Shown: positions 1 to 10,006, counted from the stretch's first letter. The stretch: 64,000 nt of DNA from an uncultured delta proteobacterium (GCA_963782435.1 CAWAKF010000032.1:23400-87399), one strand, 5' to 3'. Numbers and translations are program-made. Notes: a model not told the origin generated them from the sequence alone.

Positions 1-267
1 TTGGAGGCTATGAGTTGTGGAACGCCGGTCATCTCATCCAATTGCTCCTCAATCCCGGAAATTATAGGTTCGGCCGGTTTATTAGTGGACCCGACCAAAA
101 TCAAAGACCTGGCTGACCGTATCATTGAGTTGTTAAGTAATTCGGATCTGAGAAGACGTTTGAGTCAGTTGGGAATAAAACAGGCCAGCCGGTTTTCCTG
201 GATTGAAGCCGCTCGGCAAAGCCTCGATGTTTATCGATCGGTCGAGAAACATGAAAATTGTATTTGA
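1..267 (+). CDS. Glycosyltransferase family 1 (GT4), C-terminal fragment; 5' end lies outside the window
   Basis: ORF runs to the window edge. The C-terminal GT1 sugar-donor binding region (GTPVISSNCSSIPEIIG...) is typical of the GT-B fold. Confidence 0.7.
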   Translation: MEAMSCGTPVISSNCSSIPEIIGSAGLLVDPTKIKDLADRIIELLSNSDLRRRLSQLGIKQASRFSWIEAARQSLDVYRSVEKHENCI

Positions 268-1336
268 TGCTCGTGTCCTTGGGGGCCGGATGCACGGGAT
301 ATCCCGCTATTGCTTAAACCTGCTCCAACAGCTACTGGCCGAAGACCAGGGCCACGAATACCTCATCCTGACCGGTCATCCTCAAACTCCGGAGTTGTTC
401 AACCCGGCAGTTCCGGTCCGTTGGCTTCGAACCCGGGTCCCCCTTTACAGCGTTCAAGAACAATTCCTGATCCCTTTTCAAATACGAGAAGAAACATTTG
501 ATCTCTTCCATTCTCCGACTTATACCATCCCTCTCCGTTCTTCCTCCAAGGGGATTATGACCATTCATGACCTGATTCCTCTTGCTTTTCCTGAATATTT
601 TGATTTCAGGCATCGCCTTTTTTTTCGTTTTATTGTTCGACGGGCCATTTCCCGGTGTCTAAAGGTTTTTACCGTTTCCGAACAGTCTAAAAAGGATATT
701 CTTGAATTTTTTCAGGGTCCGCAAGAGCGAATAGTAATTACTCCTAACGGCCTGGATCCTCGGTGGGGACCAAAACCTTTGACTCCGGATTTTAAAGAAC
801 GGTATGGGTTGGATCCAAGCTATATTGTTTTTGTCGGAAACCCAAAACCGCACAAAAATTTTTCCCGGGTTTTGTCGGCCTTTGAATTGCTGGTAAAGGA
901 GGATCGTTATCCCGGTAAACTGGTGTCCATTGGATTGGAATACCGGGATCTATGTTCCGAAATAAGGGATCGGGTTGTGATCGTCCCCCACTGCAATGAT
1001 TTGGATCTGGGTCTGTTTTATTCAGGGGCCGATCTTTTGGCCGCCCCCTCCCTTTATGAAGGGTTCGGGCTTCCGGTCCTGGAGGCCATGACCTGCAGTT
1101 GCCCGGTCCTGATCGGCAACAAAGGGGCCTTGCCGGAAATTGCCGGGGATGCCGGTTTCCAAGTGAATCCTTATGATATCCGTGCTATAAAAGAGGGGAT
1201 GAAAGAAATCATTTTTCAACCTGATCTCCGCCAAAGAATGAAGGATCGGGGGATCAGGAGGTCCGGGGAATTTTCCTGGATAAAAACAGCCCAGATTGTG
1301 ATGGACACTTATAAATCTTTGGAAGGAAATGGGTAA
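251..1336 (+). CDS. Glycosyltransferase family 1
   Basis: GT4-type C-terminal EGFGLPVLEAM motif. I moved the start to the internal MKIVFDARVL ATG at 251, which overlaps the stop of the upstream GT by 17 nt. Confidence 0.75.
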   Translation: MKIVFDARVLGGRMHGISRYCLNLLQQLLAEDQGHEYLILTGHPQTPELFNPAVPVRWLRTRVPLYSVQEQFLIPFQIREETFDLFHSPTYTIPLRSSSKGIMTIHDLIPLAFPEYFDFRHRLFFRFIVRRAISRCLKVFTVSEQSKKDILEFFQGPQERIVITPNGLDPRWGPKPLTPDFKERYGLDPSYIVFVGNPKPHKNFSRVLSAFELLVKEDRYPGKLVSIGLEYRDLCSEIRDRVVIVPHCNDLDLGLFYSGADLLAAPSLYEGFGLPVLEAMTCSCPVLIGNKGALPEIAGDAGFQVNPYDIRAIKEGMKEIIFQPDLRQRMKDRGIRRSGEFSWIKTAQIVMDTYKSLEGNG

Positions 1337-1587
1337 ATTTTTAGTGCGAGAGGGACGTTCGGCGTTGAGCGCCTGCGAGGGGCAGAGGCGTTCGGCAAAA
1401 ACCTTTTTTCAAACTCTTTGGTGTCTAAATGGGGAGGAAGGTTCAATATCGGATAATAAATATCAACTGTCGAAAAATTCTCTTTACTAAGGAAAACCAA
1501 CAGGAGGAGAAAACTCGCAGTACTTATTTTACGCCGAACGCCGAACGCAATACACCGGGTTATAACGCCTAACTATAAAAAAAGCCG

Positions 1588-2763
1588 ATGACCGAACCTG
1601 TAAGTGAATATCAAAAAAAATTATCCTCCCTTCGGGTGGCTTTAGTCCATGACTGGCTGACCGGGATGAGGGGCGGCGAAAAATGCCTTGAAATCTTTTG
1701 CGAGATCTTTCCTCAGGCCGATCTTTTTACCCTGCTTCATGTCAAGGGTTCCGTTTCACCGATTATTGAAAACCACCGGATCCGGACTACCTGGGCCCAA
1801 CACCTTCCCGGAGTAGAAAAAAAGTATCGCCATTATCTCCCTTTTTTCCCTTTAGCCGTTCGAAATATTGATTTAAGAGGATATGACCTGGTTCTGTCCA
1901 GCAGTCATTGTGTGGCTAAGGGGGTTCGGGTGTATCCCCCGACTGTACACATCTCCTATGTTTTTACTCCTATTCGGTATGTCTGGGATATGTATGATAT
2001 TTATTTCGGCAAAGATTCCTCGGCCGGATTGTTGGTCCGAATGGTGATGCCCGCTGTGGCTGCCATGCTTCGTCGATGGGATGTCCGTACCAGTCAGAGA
2101 GTGGATTATCTTCTGGCTGATTCAGAAAATGTCCGCCGGAGAATTTTAAAATATTACCAGCGGGAGGCTGAGGTCATCCCGGTTCCGGTGGATACCGATC
2201 AGTTTGACTTGACTTTTGAACCCCAAGACTATTATTTAATGGTTTCAGCCTTGGCCCCATATAAACGTATTGATCTGGCTGTTCAGGCCTTTAATCGAAA
2301 CCAAAAACCCCTGGTGGTTGTCGGTACCGGCCCATTGATGGAAGCCTTACAAAACGAATCCGGTCCTAATATTTCCTGGCTGGGATGGCAGCCGGCGGAA
2401 AACTTAAAAAAACTGTATGGAGAATGCCGGGCTCTGATTTTTCCCGGGGAAGAAGATGCCGGCATTACCCCTTTGGAAGCCCAAGCCTCCGGTAGGCCGG
2501 TAGTTGCCTTTGGTCGCGGAGGGGCCTTGGAAACGATTGCGCCCTTGGAGGATTTTCTGGAGGGGCGAAAGGATTTTTTCAGCGGAGTCTTTTTCCCGGA
2601 ACAGACGGAAGCCTCCCTGGTGGAGGCCATTGAAAGGCTTGAGCAGCATGCCCATCTCTTAAACCCGTCCAAGATCCGGAGCCATGCCCTTCAGTTTGAT
2701 AGGGAGGTTTTTAAAGATAGAATCATTCAAACCGTCAAGGAAAAACTAAGAAAATCTAATTGA
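1588..2763 (+). CDS. Glycosyltransferase (GT1/GT4-like)
   Basis: N-terminal ALVHDWLTGMRGGEKCLE and C-terminal E(x7)E-like region GEEDAGITPLEAQASGRPVVAF. Sits in a polysaccharide cluster next to gmd. Confidence 0.7.
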   Translation: MTEPVSEYQKKLSSLRVALVHDWLTGMRGGEKCLEIFCEIFPQADLFTLLHVKGSVSPIIENHRIRTTWAQHLPGVEKKYRHYLPFFPLAVRNIDLRGYDLVLSSSHCVAKGVRVYPPTVHISYVFTPIRYVWDMYDIYFGKDSSAGLLVRMVMPAVAAMLRRWDVRTSQRVDYLLADSENVRRRILKYYQREAEVIPVPVDTDQFDLTFEPQDYYLMVSALAPYKRIDLAVQAFNRNQKPLVVVGTGPLMEALQNESGPNISWLGWQPAENLKKLYGECRALIFPGEEDAGITPLEAQASGRPVVAFGRGGALETIAPLEDFLEGRKDFFSGVFFPEQTEASLVEAIERLEQHAHLLNPSKIRSHALQFDREVFKDRIIQTVKEKLRKSN

Positions 2764-2913
2764 AAAGTCTCTGGTATGGGTTGCGAGTTACGAGTGGCGG
2801 TTTAAAGAATTGTACTCCCGACTGTCCCAACCCGTAACCCACAACACGCAACAAAAATTGATAAAGAAAGAATCCTCAAAATCAATATGGATCCCTTAAA
2901 TGGAAAGTGATCG

Positions 2914-3888
2914 ATGAAAAAACGTGCCTTGATTACCGGGATAACCGGTCAGGATGGGAGTTATTTGGCCGAGTTACTCATTTCGAAGGGTTATGAGGTC
3001 CATGGTATTGTCCGGCGGATGGCTCTGGAAGATCCCCTGCACCGTCTCTGGCGGCTTCGGCATATACTGGACAAAATTTCTCTTCATGCTGGCTCCATGG
3101 AAAGTTATCCCAGCATCTTCAACGTGATCGAAACGGTTGGACCTGACGAATGTTATCATCTGGCCGCCCAGAGTTTCGTCAGTTATTCCTTTGAAGATGA
3201 ATTTTCGACCATTAATACCAACATCAATGGGACCCATTATCTGCTGTCCTCTATAAAACGAAAGGCCCCCCACTGCCGTTTTTATTTTGCCGCCTCCAGC
3301 GAGACCTTCGGAAAGGTGCGGGAGACCCCACAGGATGAAAATACGCCTTTTCATCCCCGTTCCCCTTACGGCATTTCCAAAGTGGCTGGGTTTGAACTGA
3401 CCCGGAATTACCGGGAAGCCTATGACCTGCATGCCTCCTGCGGTATTCTATTCAATCATGAATCTCCCCGCCGGGGACATGAATTCGTCACCCGTAAGAT
3501 TACCTCTCATGCCGCTTTGATCAAACTTGGCAAAGAGAAACGGATCAAACTAGGAAACATTCAGGCCAAACGGGATTGGGGGCATGCCTGGGATTTTGTC
3601 CAAGCCATGTGGTTGATGCTCCAGCAAGACAAACCGGATGACTATGTCATTGCTACCGGACAATGTCACACCGTTGAAGAATTCCTGCAAAATTCCTTTG
3701 CCTTACTGGAATTGGATTATCGGAATTACCTGGATATTGACCCGAACCTTTACCGGCCTTCGGAAGTTATGGCTTTGATGGGTAATTATTCCAAGGCGCA
3801 AAGGACATTTGGCTGGCAGCCGATAACTCCCTTTGAGGAACTCATCCGGGAAATGGTGGAAAGTGATTTGAAATTATATTCGACATGA
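2914..3888 (+). CDS. gmd: GDP-mannose 4,6-dehydratase
   Basis: Canonical Gmd N-terminus ALITGITGQDGSYLAELLISKGYEVHGI with the SDR Rossmann motif and the catalytic YxxxK region (SPYGISKV). Confidence 0.9.
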   Translation: MKKRALITGITGQDGSYLAELLISKGYEVHGIVRRMALEDPLHRLWRLRHILDKISLHAGSMESYPSIFNVIETVGPDECYHLAAQSFVSYSFEDEFSTINTNINGTHYLLSSIKRKAPHCRFYFAASSETFGKVRETPQDENTPFHPRSPYGISKVAGFELTRNYREAYDLHASCGILFNHESPRRGHEFVTRKITSHAALIKLGKEKRIKLGNIQAKRDWGHAWDFVQAMWLMLQQDKPDDYVIATGQCHTVEEFLQNSFALLELDYRNYLDIDPNLYRPSEVMALMGNYSKAQRTFGWQPITPFEELIREMVESDLKLYST

Positions 3889-3989
3889 AGGTAGATAGGC
3901 TGAACGAATAGGCTAAAGGTAGATAAGCCGAAGGCTGAAGAAAGAAGAGGGGGATACCTCGTTGGGAATTTCCCTTCGGTCTTCAGCTT

Positions 3990-4026
3990 TCGGCCTAAGG
4001 CCCTCCAATCTAACGGCCTTATTTTT
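3990..4026 (+). terminator. Rho-independent terminator candidate downstream of gmd
   Basis: aaggcc-N12-ggcctt stem followed by atttttaaaaa. It is preceded by a longer imperfect hairpin (gccgaaggctgaaga...tcttcagctttcggc). Confidence 0.4.
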
Positions 4027-4043
4027 AAAAAGGAGATACACTC

Positions 4044-4277
4044 ATGGAAACAATATCCGTTTATTCGTTACCCTCCTGACCGGAGTGCCTGGCTACGAAA
4101 GAGTTCTTTCGTCAAAAAGGGATTGCCTTTGAGGAATTCGATCTTTCCAAGGATCAAGCCGCGGTTTCGAAAATGCTAAAATTGACCCGCCAAAAGAGGG
4201 TTCCGGTCATTCAAAAAGGGGAAAAATTCATCGTCGGGTTTAACTCGGAGGACATTGAGAAATTAATTGACTTTTAG
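4044..4277 (+). CDS. Glutaredoxin-like selenoprotein (77 aa). The in-frame TGA at 4077-4079 is read as selenocysteine in a U-P-E-C redox motif.
   Basis: AGGAGA RBS sits 8 nt upstream of the ATG. Translation METISVYSLPS-U-PECLATKEFFRQKGIAFEEFDLSKDQAAVSKMLKLTRQKRVPVIQKGEKFIVGF matches the glutaredoxin fold, with the TGA exactly where the first Cys of CPYC would be. A 7-bp hairpin with AGUU loop lies 16 nt downstream of the UGA as a SECIS candidate. Absent from the ORF track because the TGA splits it. Confidence 0.6.
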
Positions 4278-4344
4278 AACTGGAAGCATATAAAATATAC
4301 AGATTCAATATGATCCCTGGTTGAAATGAAAATGGACAAAGAAT

Positions 4345-4395
4345 AGTCCTCCCTTGGCCGGGACAGGGAGGAATGCTGATTTTTCTTTTGGTGTG
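4345..4395 (+). terminator. Rho-independent terminator candidate after the glutaredoxin gene
   Basis: cctccct-N10-agggagg stem followed by a T-rich tract (gatttttcttttgg). Confidence 0.4.
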
Positions 4396-4443
4396 AGACA
4401 CGAGATAAGAGAATAGATCGACCTTCCTTCCTTTTGATTTCCG

Positions 4444-4453
4444 CCCCCCCCCC
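4444..4453. repeat. Homopolymeric C10 tract about 50 nt upstream of the diguanylate cyclase start
   Basis: Read directly from the sequence: ccg-cccccccccc-tcacac. Confidence 0.6.
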
Positions 4454-4501
4454 TCACACTTAGTATTGCTTAATACCTTTATTTAAGGGGAGGACAGCCC
4501 T

Positions 4502-5875
4502 TTGAATATTTTCCGCCTGTTTCCTTTCTTTACCGGAATCCGAAAAAAAGCAGAATTAAAAACCGACCCTACTATTCCGGATCATTCCGAGGAGTCCCTG
4601 CGGCGATCCGAAGATCGGTATCGTTCTATCCTGACCAGCATGGAAGATGGCTATTTTGAAGTCGATCTGACCGGCAACATGCTTTTCAGCAATGAAGCCA
4701 ATGACCGCATTTTCGGCTATGCGCCGGGAGAGCCGATAAGGGTAAATTACCGTGAATATACGGATCCGGAAACTGCAAAAAAGTTATTTGAAATCTATAA
4801 TCGGGTTTACCGGACCAATGTGCCTCAAAAAGGATTTGCGTGGGAAGTAATTAAAAGAGACGGGACAAAGGTTTATGTGGAAACCTCGGTCGCCTTAATC
4901 CTGGATTCCAACCACCAAAAGATCGGCTTTCGAGGGATTCTCCGGGATATCACCCGCCAGAAGCAGACGGAAGCGGCCCTGCGGCAATCGGAAGAAAGAT
5001 ATCGCACCATCTTAGAAAATATTGAAGACGGGTATTTTGAGGTCGATCTTACCGGTAATATGATTTTCTGTAATGAAGCACACTGCCGAATTTATGGTTA
5101 TTCCCGAGACGAGTTGAATGGTTTAAATTACCGGGAATATACGGATGAGGGAAACAGCAAAAAAGTATATGAAGTTTTCAACAAGGTTTATCAATCCGGG
5201 TTACCGGAAAAAGTTCTTGATTTTGAATTGATCCGAAAGGATGGAACCAAGATCTATGTGGAAACTTCGATCTCCTTGATCCTGGATTCCGACCAACAAA
5301 AGATCGGTTTTCGTGGGATTCTCCGGGATGCAACTCGTCGGAAACAGACCGAAGAGGCCTTGAAGGCCCTTTCCTTAATTGATGACCTGACCGGGCTTTA
5401 TAATCGGAGAGGATTTTTGACCTTGGCTGAGCAGGAGTTAAAGATCGCCCAACGTATGGAAAGGGGAATATTTTTGCTGTTCGCCGACGTGGATGGCCTG
5501 AAAGAGATTAATGACACCTTCGGACATTTGGAAGGGGATCAGGCTCTAATTGAGATCGCCCGTATTATCAATGAGAATTTTCGCGATCCGGATATCATTG
5601 CCCGTATTGGAGGGGATGAGTTTGTGATTCTGGCCATAGAGGGGATCTCCGAAGGCGGTCCGGAGTTACTCATAGAAAGATTGCAAGAGAATCTTCAGAG
5701 TTATAATGATGGGGAGTCAAACAGGAAGTATCGGTTGTCGCTCAGTATTGGGGCTGTTGCCTATGACCCGGAGCACCCGGTGTACATTGAGACGCTTGTG
5801 TCCCAGGCCGATAAAAACATGTACCAGGAAAAACAGGAGAAAAAGAAAAACATCCAAATGAGATTAGAATTTTAA
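4502..5875 (+). CDS. Diguanylate cyclase with two tandem-duplicated PAS domains (PAS-PAS-GGDEF)
   Basis: Motif RIGGDEFVIL. Two PAS units of about 115 aa and about 65% identity (EDGYFEVDLTGNM...GFRGILRD.TR.KQTE). TTG start with a GGAGGA RBS. Confidence 0.85.
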   Translation: MNIFRLFPFFTGIRKKAELKTDPTIPDHSEESLRRSEDRYRSILTSMEDGYFEVDLTGNMLFSNEANDRIFGYAPGEPIRVNYREYTDPETAKKLFEIYNRVYRTNVPQKGFAWEVIKRDGTKVYVETSVALILDSNHQKIGFRGILRDITRQKQTEAALRQSEERYRTILENIEDGYFEVDLTGNMIFCNEAHCRIYGYSRDELNGLNYREYTDEGNSKKVYEVFNKVYQSGLPEKVLDFELIRKDGTKIYVETSISLILDSDQQKIGFRGILRDATRRKQTEEALKALSLIDDLTGLYNRRGFLTLAEQELKIAQRMERGIFLLFADVDGLKEINDTFGHLEGDQALIEIARIINENFRDPDIIARIGGDEFVILAIEGISEGGPELLIERLQENLQSYNDGESNRKYRLSLSIGAVAYDPEHPVYIETLVSQADKNMYQEKQEKKKNIQMRLEF

Positions 5876-5900
5876 TAATAATTCCTCAATTCCTCAATTC

Positions 5901-8156
5901 TTAAATCTTAAATCTCCGCAGACGCAGAGAATTACTCACCACAGAAACCGAACTGAAGGCCATGGCCGCCGAAGCCAGGATCGGATTCAGCAAGATTCCC
6001 CAAATAGGGTAGAGTATTCCGGCAGCAATGGGAATTCCCAGAACATTGTAAAAAAAAGCCCAGAAGAGATTTTGCCGGATGGTCCGGATGGTCTGCCTAG
6101 ACAGTTTTATGGCTGTCAGAATGATCCGAAGATCATCGCGGATCAGAGTAATATCAGAGGCTTCCATCGCCACATCCGTTCCTGTGCCGATGGCGATGCC
6201 CACATCGGCCTGGGCCAGGGCCGGGGCGTCGTTGATCCCGTCTCCCACCATGGCCACTTTTTTCCCCTCCGACTGGAGGATTTTGATCTGGGCCGTCTTG
6301 TCCTGGGGCAGAACCTCGGCAATAACCCGGTCTAATTGGAGTTGGCGACCAATAGCCTGAGCCGTCTGCTGATTGTCTCCAGTGAGCATTACCACTTCCA
6401 GACCCATGCTTTTCAAACCAGACACCGCTTCCGGGGAATGTTCCTTGAGTGTATCGGCCAGGGCCATGACCCCGATAACTTTTTTGTCTCGGGCCACAAA
6501 CATCAAGGTCTTCCCCTGATTGGCCAGGGCCTCGGCAGAGACTTGAACGGAGGTCAAGTCCAGACCTTGGGACTCCATGAGTCGTTTGTTCCCGATATGG
6601 ATTTCCTGCCCTTCCCATTTTGCGGTTACCCCTTGCCCCGCAAGGGCTTCGAAATCCTCTACTCCCGCCAGGGTCAGCCCCTCTTCTTTGGCCTTTCGGA
6701 CAACGGCTTCCCCAAGGGGGTGTTCGGAATTTCTTTCCACCGATGCGGCTATGGTCAGAATTGTACTGGTCTCGATACCCTCTATGGAAACAATGTCGGT
6801 AACCGCCAACTCCCCTCGGGTTAACGTTCCTGTCTTATCAAAAACAATAGTGGTCAATTTATGGATCGACTCGAGACTTTCTCCGCCTTTGATCAGGATG
6901 CCATGTTCCGCCCCTTTGCCGGTTCCTACCATGATGGCTGTCGGGGTGGCCAGACCCAGGGCGCAGGGGCAGGCGATGATCATCACCGCCACAAAATTAA
7001 GTAAAGCAAAGGTCAGCGTGGGGGCAGGTCCCCAAAAATACCAGATGATAAAGGTCAGTACAGCAATCCCCATAACGATGGGTACAAAAACACCGGCCAC
7101 CTGGTCGGCCAGCCGCTGAATCGGGGCCTTGCTTCCCTGGGCCTGTTCTACCAGAAGAATGATTTGAGCCAGGGCGGTCTCTTCGCCGATACGGGTGGCT
7201 TCAAAGGTGAAACTCCCGTTCTTGTTCAGGGTGGCCCCGATCACCTCATCGCCGGGATTTTTATCCACCGGCAGACTTTCACCGGTAAGCATGGATTCAT
7301 CCACGGCTGAACGGCCTTCTTTAATCCGACCGTCCACCGGAATCTTCTCCCCTGGTCGAACAATTATAAGATCCCCTTTATGTACCTCCTCTACTGGAAT
7401 ATCCGTTTCCTGGTTATCCCGGATGACCCGGGCCGTCTTTGGGGCCAGGCCGATCAACTTGCGTATGGCCTCGGAGGTCTGTCCTTTGGCCCGGGCTTCG
7501 AGTAACCGCCCCAATAGGATCAAGGCAATGATCATGGCCGCGCTGTCAAAATAGATTTCAGCTTTCACGCCGCTATTATGAAAAAGGGAGGGGAAAAAGG
7601 TAACCACCGAAGAATAGATATAGGCGGATAATGTCCCTACGGCGATCAGGGTGTTCATATCGGCACTGCCATGGCGGGCCGCACCCCAGGCCCCGGTCAA
7701 AAACTGCTTACCGGCCCAGAACTGAACCGGGGTGGTCAGGACAAAAAGGATATAAAAAAGAATATAATGCGGGACATCCCGAAGATAGGGGATGTAGTGA
7801 GGCATGGAAAGGACCATGATCAGGACACCGAAAATTACACTGAAGATAAACTTTTTTTTCAACAAGGCCAGGTCTCTTTCCCGTTCCTCCCGCTCCCGAT
7901 CACGAAGCTCGGCCCGGGCCAGACCGCGGAACTGATAACCGGCGTCCTCTATGGCCTTTCTGAATTTTTCCAGATCAACCTTCTTGGGATCGTAGGTCAC
8001 CTGGGCCTTTTCAGTGGCAAAATTGACGGCCGCCTGTTCTACTCCTTCCAGTCTGCCCAGGGCCTTTTCCACGCGGACCACACAGGCGGCACAACTCATG
8101 CCGCCCACCGACAGGGCCGTCTGTTCCAAATCTTTATTATTTTCTTGTGGTTCCAT
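5901..8156 (-). CDS. copA: Copper-translocating P-type ATPase
   Basis: N-terminal HMA domain [18 protein letters not shown] motif ([13 protein letters not shown]), DKTGTLT phosphorylation site and GDGINDAP hinge. Confidence 0.9.
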   Translation of the reverse strand: MEPQENNKDLEQTALSVGGMSCAACVVRVEKALGRLEGVEQAAVNFATEKAQVTYDPKKVDLEKFRKAIEDAGYQFRGLARAELRDREREERERDLALLKKKFIFSVIFGVLIMVLSMPHYIPYLRDVPHYILFYILFVLTTPVQFWAGKQFLTGAWGAARHGSADMNTLIAVGTLSAYIYSSVVTFFPSLFHNSGVKAEIYFDSAAMIIALILLGRLLEARAKGQTSEAIRKLIGLAPKTARVIRDNQETDIPVEEVHKGDLIIVRPGEKIPVDGRIKEGRSAVDESMLTGESLPVDKNPGDEVIGATLNKNGSFTFEATRIGEETALAQIILLVEQAQGSKAPIQRLADQVAGVFVPIVMGIAVLTFIIWYFWGPAPTLTFALLNFVAVMIIACPCALGLATPTAIMVGTGKGAEHGILIKGGESLESIHKLTTIVFDKTGTLTRGELAVTDIVSIEGIETSTILTIAASVERNSEHPLGEAVVRKAKEEGLTLAGVEDFEALAGQGVTAKWEGQEIHIGNKRLMESQGLDLTSVQVSAEALANQGKTLMFVARDKKVIGVMALADTLKEHSPEAVSGLKSMGLEVVMLTGDNQQTAQAIGRQLQLDRVIAEVLPQDKTAQIKILQSEGKKVAMVGDGINDAPALAQADVGIAIGTGTDVAMEASDITLIRDDLRIILTAIKLSRQTIRTIRQNLFWAFFYNVLGIPIAAGILYPIWGILLNPILASAAMAFSSVSVVSNSLRLRRFKI

Positions 8157-8329
8157 CTCGAAACTTATCTTATTAGAGATTTCTGTTTATTAAAGATAAT
8201 CCGAGTTTGGTTTTTGTCAAATCGTAACTGGTTTTTAAATCGACATTCCTATTTAACCCTCTGAGTTGCTTCCCTTTCTCCTTACGATTCAAAAGAGATT
8301 TCAAGGGAACAGATTTTTTTAGCTGAATT

Positions 8330-10006
8330 TTACTGTAGTTCCCAAGTGCGGATAGCGGTCAACACCTCTTGGGAAGTATTGGTAGACCTAAGGGTTTGAA
8401 GCAGTTGTCTGTTTTGAGCTGCACGAGCAGCCAGACCTAAAACTTTAACTTGGAGGTCAGATGAGTGGGATGGGGAAAGGATCAGGAAAATAATCTCGAT
8501 GGGTTTTTCTGTTGTAAGATCTTCGACTCCCTTTCTGGGTAATCCCAAGGCGACTAACGGAGAAGAAATGCCGGTAACTCTGACGTGGGGGAAGGCTGCG
8601 CCTTCATTAAAAAAGGTCGATCCCTGTTCCTCCCGCTTCAAAACCTCTCTCAGGATGATTTCCGGATCGCTGATCTCCTTTTGCTTAGCGGTTACTTCCG
8701 CCAGTTTTTGGAGAATCGCCATTTTAGAGATTGGTTGATCCCAAATGAGAATACGCTCCGGATCAAGAAGCTGATATAACATCAGCGGGTTCAGAAGAGC
8801 AGGTTCGATTTCAGAAGGAGTTGGAGAGGGCGGGACCTTTTCTGGAATTTCCTTGAGATCCAGGATCGGACGTGGTTCCACTTCAAGGGTATCCAGAACA
8901 ATCACCGTGATTCCCCGGGCACTTTTAATAAGATTGCCAACTATGTTTTTATTCTTACCAAATTTTTTGAAAAAGGGCTTAGGTCCCGGACTCCCGATAA
9001 CAATATGCCCAACACGGTATTCTCTGGCAAACCGGAGGATAGTATCCCCGATATCTTCTCCTTTATAAGTAAACACCAGGGCCCCTAATTGCTTGGCCAA
9101 AGTCAAAGTGTCGGAGAGCAGACGCTGAGTTTGGGCGTCGATGACCGTGGCCTCCTCGGAAGGGGTTTGGACATAAACCGCATACCAGTTTCGGTTCAAT
9201 TTTCCGGCGAGCCGGGAGGTATACCGCAGTAACTTGTCGCTATTGGGGCCGCGCGAGCTCAGGCAGACCATCAACTGGTCCGGAGTGGCGTCACTTTCCT
9301 TTTCTTCCGTCTCCCGCCTTCTCAAATCGATCTGAGACGCGAGTTCCCGTAGGGTCAATTCCCGAAGTTTTTCCAGATTTGAAGTCCTAAAAAAATTGCT
9401 CAGCGCGGTCTGAATACGCTCTGGGGGATAGATTTTTCCTTCTTCCAACCGTTTTTGTAAATCTTCGGTCGATAAATCCACATCGACAATCTGGTCGGCT
9501 TCGGTTAAGATTGAATCCGGAAGACGCTCTCGAACCTTGACCCCCACAGCCTGTTCGACTAGATTGTAGAGGCTTTCTAAATGTTGGACATTCAAGGTAG
9601 TAATGACATGAATCCCTGCGGCCAGGATGTCCTGAACATCTTGATAGCGTTTGGGGTTTGCGCTCCCCGGGATATTGGTATGGGCCAGTTCATCGATAAG
9701 GGCTACTTGGGGTTTGCGCTTCAGGATGGCCTCCGTATCCATCTCTTCCACAGGAACACCGCGATATTCCTGCCGGCGCCGAGGGACGACCTCCAGCCTT
9801 TCAGACAGTCTTGTGATATCGGCCCGACCGTGAGTCTCCAAAAGTCCGATAACCAGGTCAATCCCCTCGTTTGTAAGGCGATGGCCCTCTTGGAGCATCT
9901 GGTAGGTTTTACCCACCCCGGGGCCGTAACCTAGATAAACCTTCAGCCGTCCGCGCTGGGCGTGACGAATCATCCTCAAAAAGGCATTCGCTCTGTTGTC
10001 ACTCAT
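8330..10006 (-). CDS. KdpD N-terminal sensor domain + Usp domain + PTS EIIA(Ntr)-type domain fusion protein, with no histidine-kinase core
   Basis: KdpD-N P-loop (GYGPGVGKTYQM), a Usp-like middle region, and a C-terminal 150 aa matching PTS_EIIA_2 with the phosphorylatable His context GAAFPHVRV. Last gene of the kdpFABC operon. Confidence 0.75.
   Translation of the reverse strand: MSDNRANAFLRMIRHAQRGRLKVYLGYGPGVGKTYQMLQEGHRLTNEGIDLVIGLLETHGRADITRLSERLEVVPRRRQEYRGVPVEEMDTEAILKRKPQVALIDELAHTNIPGSANPKRYQDVQDILAAGIHVITTLNVQHLESLYNLVEQAVGVKVRERLPDSILTEADQIVDVDLSTEDLQKRLEEGKIYPPERIQTALSNFFRTSNLEKLRELTLRELASQIDLRRRETEEKESDATPDQLMVCLSSRGPNSDKLLRYTSRLAGKLNRNWYAVYVQTPSEEATVIDAQTQRLLSDTLTLAKQLGALVFTYKGEDIGDTILRFAREYRVGHIVIGSPGPKPFFKKFGKNKNIVGNLIKSARGITVIVLDTLEVEPRPILDLKEIPEKVPPSPTPSEIEPALLNPLMLYQLLDPERILIWDQPISKMAILQKLAEVTAKQKEISDPEIILREVLKREEQGSTFFNEGAAFPHVRVTGISSPLVALGLPRKGVEDLTTEKPIEIIFLILSPSHSSDLQVKVLGLAARAAQNRQLLQTLRSTNTSQEVLTAIRTWELQ

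Noticed and set aside
2283-2672. 129- and 83-codon antisense ORFs inside the third glycosyltransferase
   Set aside because: Embedded in a well-supported gene. No motifs.
4077-4079. Alternative reading of the glutaredoxin TGA as a genuine stop or pseudogene lesion
   Set aside because: The TGA falls exactly on the catalytic cysteine of an otherwise intact fold, with a hairpin at SECIS distance. A random nonsense mutation at that codon is far less likely than selenocysteine. Still unproven without selB or SECIS verification.
5881-5915. Short tandem repeats ttcctcaattcctcaattcttaaatcttaaatct between the cyclase and copA
   Set aside because: Too short and irregular for a CRISPR array or mini-satellite of interest. 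It partly encodes the copA C-terminus.
6072-7819. Multiple 60-180-codon ORFs inside or antisense to copA, and similar ORFs inside kdpB, kdpA, the histidine kinase and the response regulator
   Set aside because: They overlap well-supported genes and have biased or low-complexity composition. They are shadow ORFs.
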